DNA of 64,000 nt from Okamejei kenojei (lineage: Eukaryota): assembly GCA_035221665.1 (NCBI GenBank), contig CM069142.1:434001-498000 (forward strand). The letters run 5' to 3'. Below, in pieces: positions 63,796 through 64,000 of the stretch. Position 1 is the first letter of the stretch. The number at the start of each line of letters is the position of its first letter. Below the pieces are notes generated by a model that was not told the DNA's origin, did not search any database, and was given only the letters and a program-made list of their open reading frames with translations. A program made the translations under genes and the position numbers.

Positions 63796-64000
63796 AAGTT
63801 GTTCAGCCAGAACCATACAATGATGTCTATCTTGCGCTTGTTGTGCTTCTTGTGTGTGCTGGTGGAAACAGGGCCGCGACGTGAATGCCCTTTCCTTGAC
63901 CCCACTTACAACACGTTATCTTGCGGTCATTTACAACACAAGGAACCAATCTTTACCCCAGTGACAGTAAACTTAGTGAACAATAAGAATGTTAATCTAT
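63796..64000 (+). CDS. Candidate transmembrane/cytoplasmic exon of the V-C1 gene
   Basis: Non-repeat hydrophobic stretch. One frame gives YNDVYLALVVLLVCAGG* (phase-1 AGs at 63795 and 63810). The +1 frame gives MMSILRLLCFLCVLVETGPRR...TYNTL, open to the window end. Frame and splice site are unresolved. Confidence 0.3.

Overview
Eukaryotic, repeat-saturated vertebrate DNA. The repeat families (CR1 with (ATAGAAAC)n tails, L1, Rex1/Babar, Penelope, DIRS1, Tc1, epsilon-like ERV) point to a cartilaginous fish, probably a skate or ray (inference). About 1-54 kb is deeply nested transposon debris. It includes a near-intact DIRS1 tyrosine-recombinase retrotransposon (20927-25773), a non-autonomous DIRS relative with an unusual 3' end (31381-34690), an IR/DR Tc1 element, a solo LTR and two ERV pol fragments. 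Sequence quality looks poor from about 38 to 54 kb, with indel-rich repeats and two of the window's three N gaps (the third is at 60390-60538). The only host gene I can support is at about 55.2-64 kb (+). It is a spliced immunoglobulin-superfamily gene with a leader exon, one germline-joined VJ-type V exon resembling NKp30/NCR3, and an intact C1-set exon, plus a weak candidate transmembrane exon. This is a non-rearranging, antigen-receptor-like V-C1 architecture. The V exon carries two +1 frameshifts that may be assembly errors.
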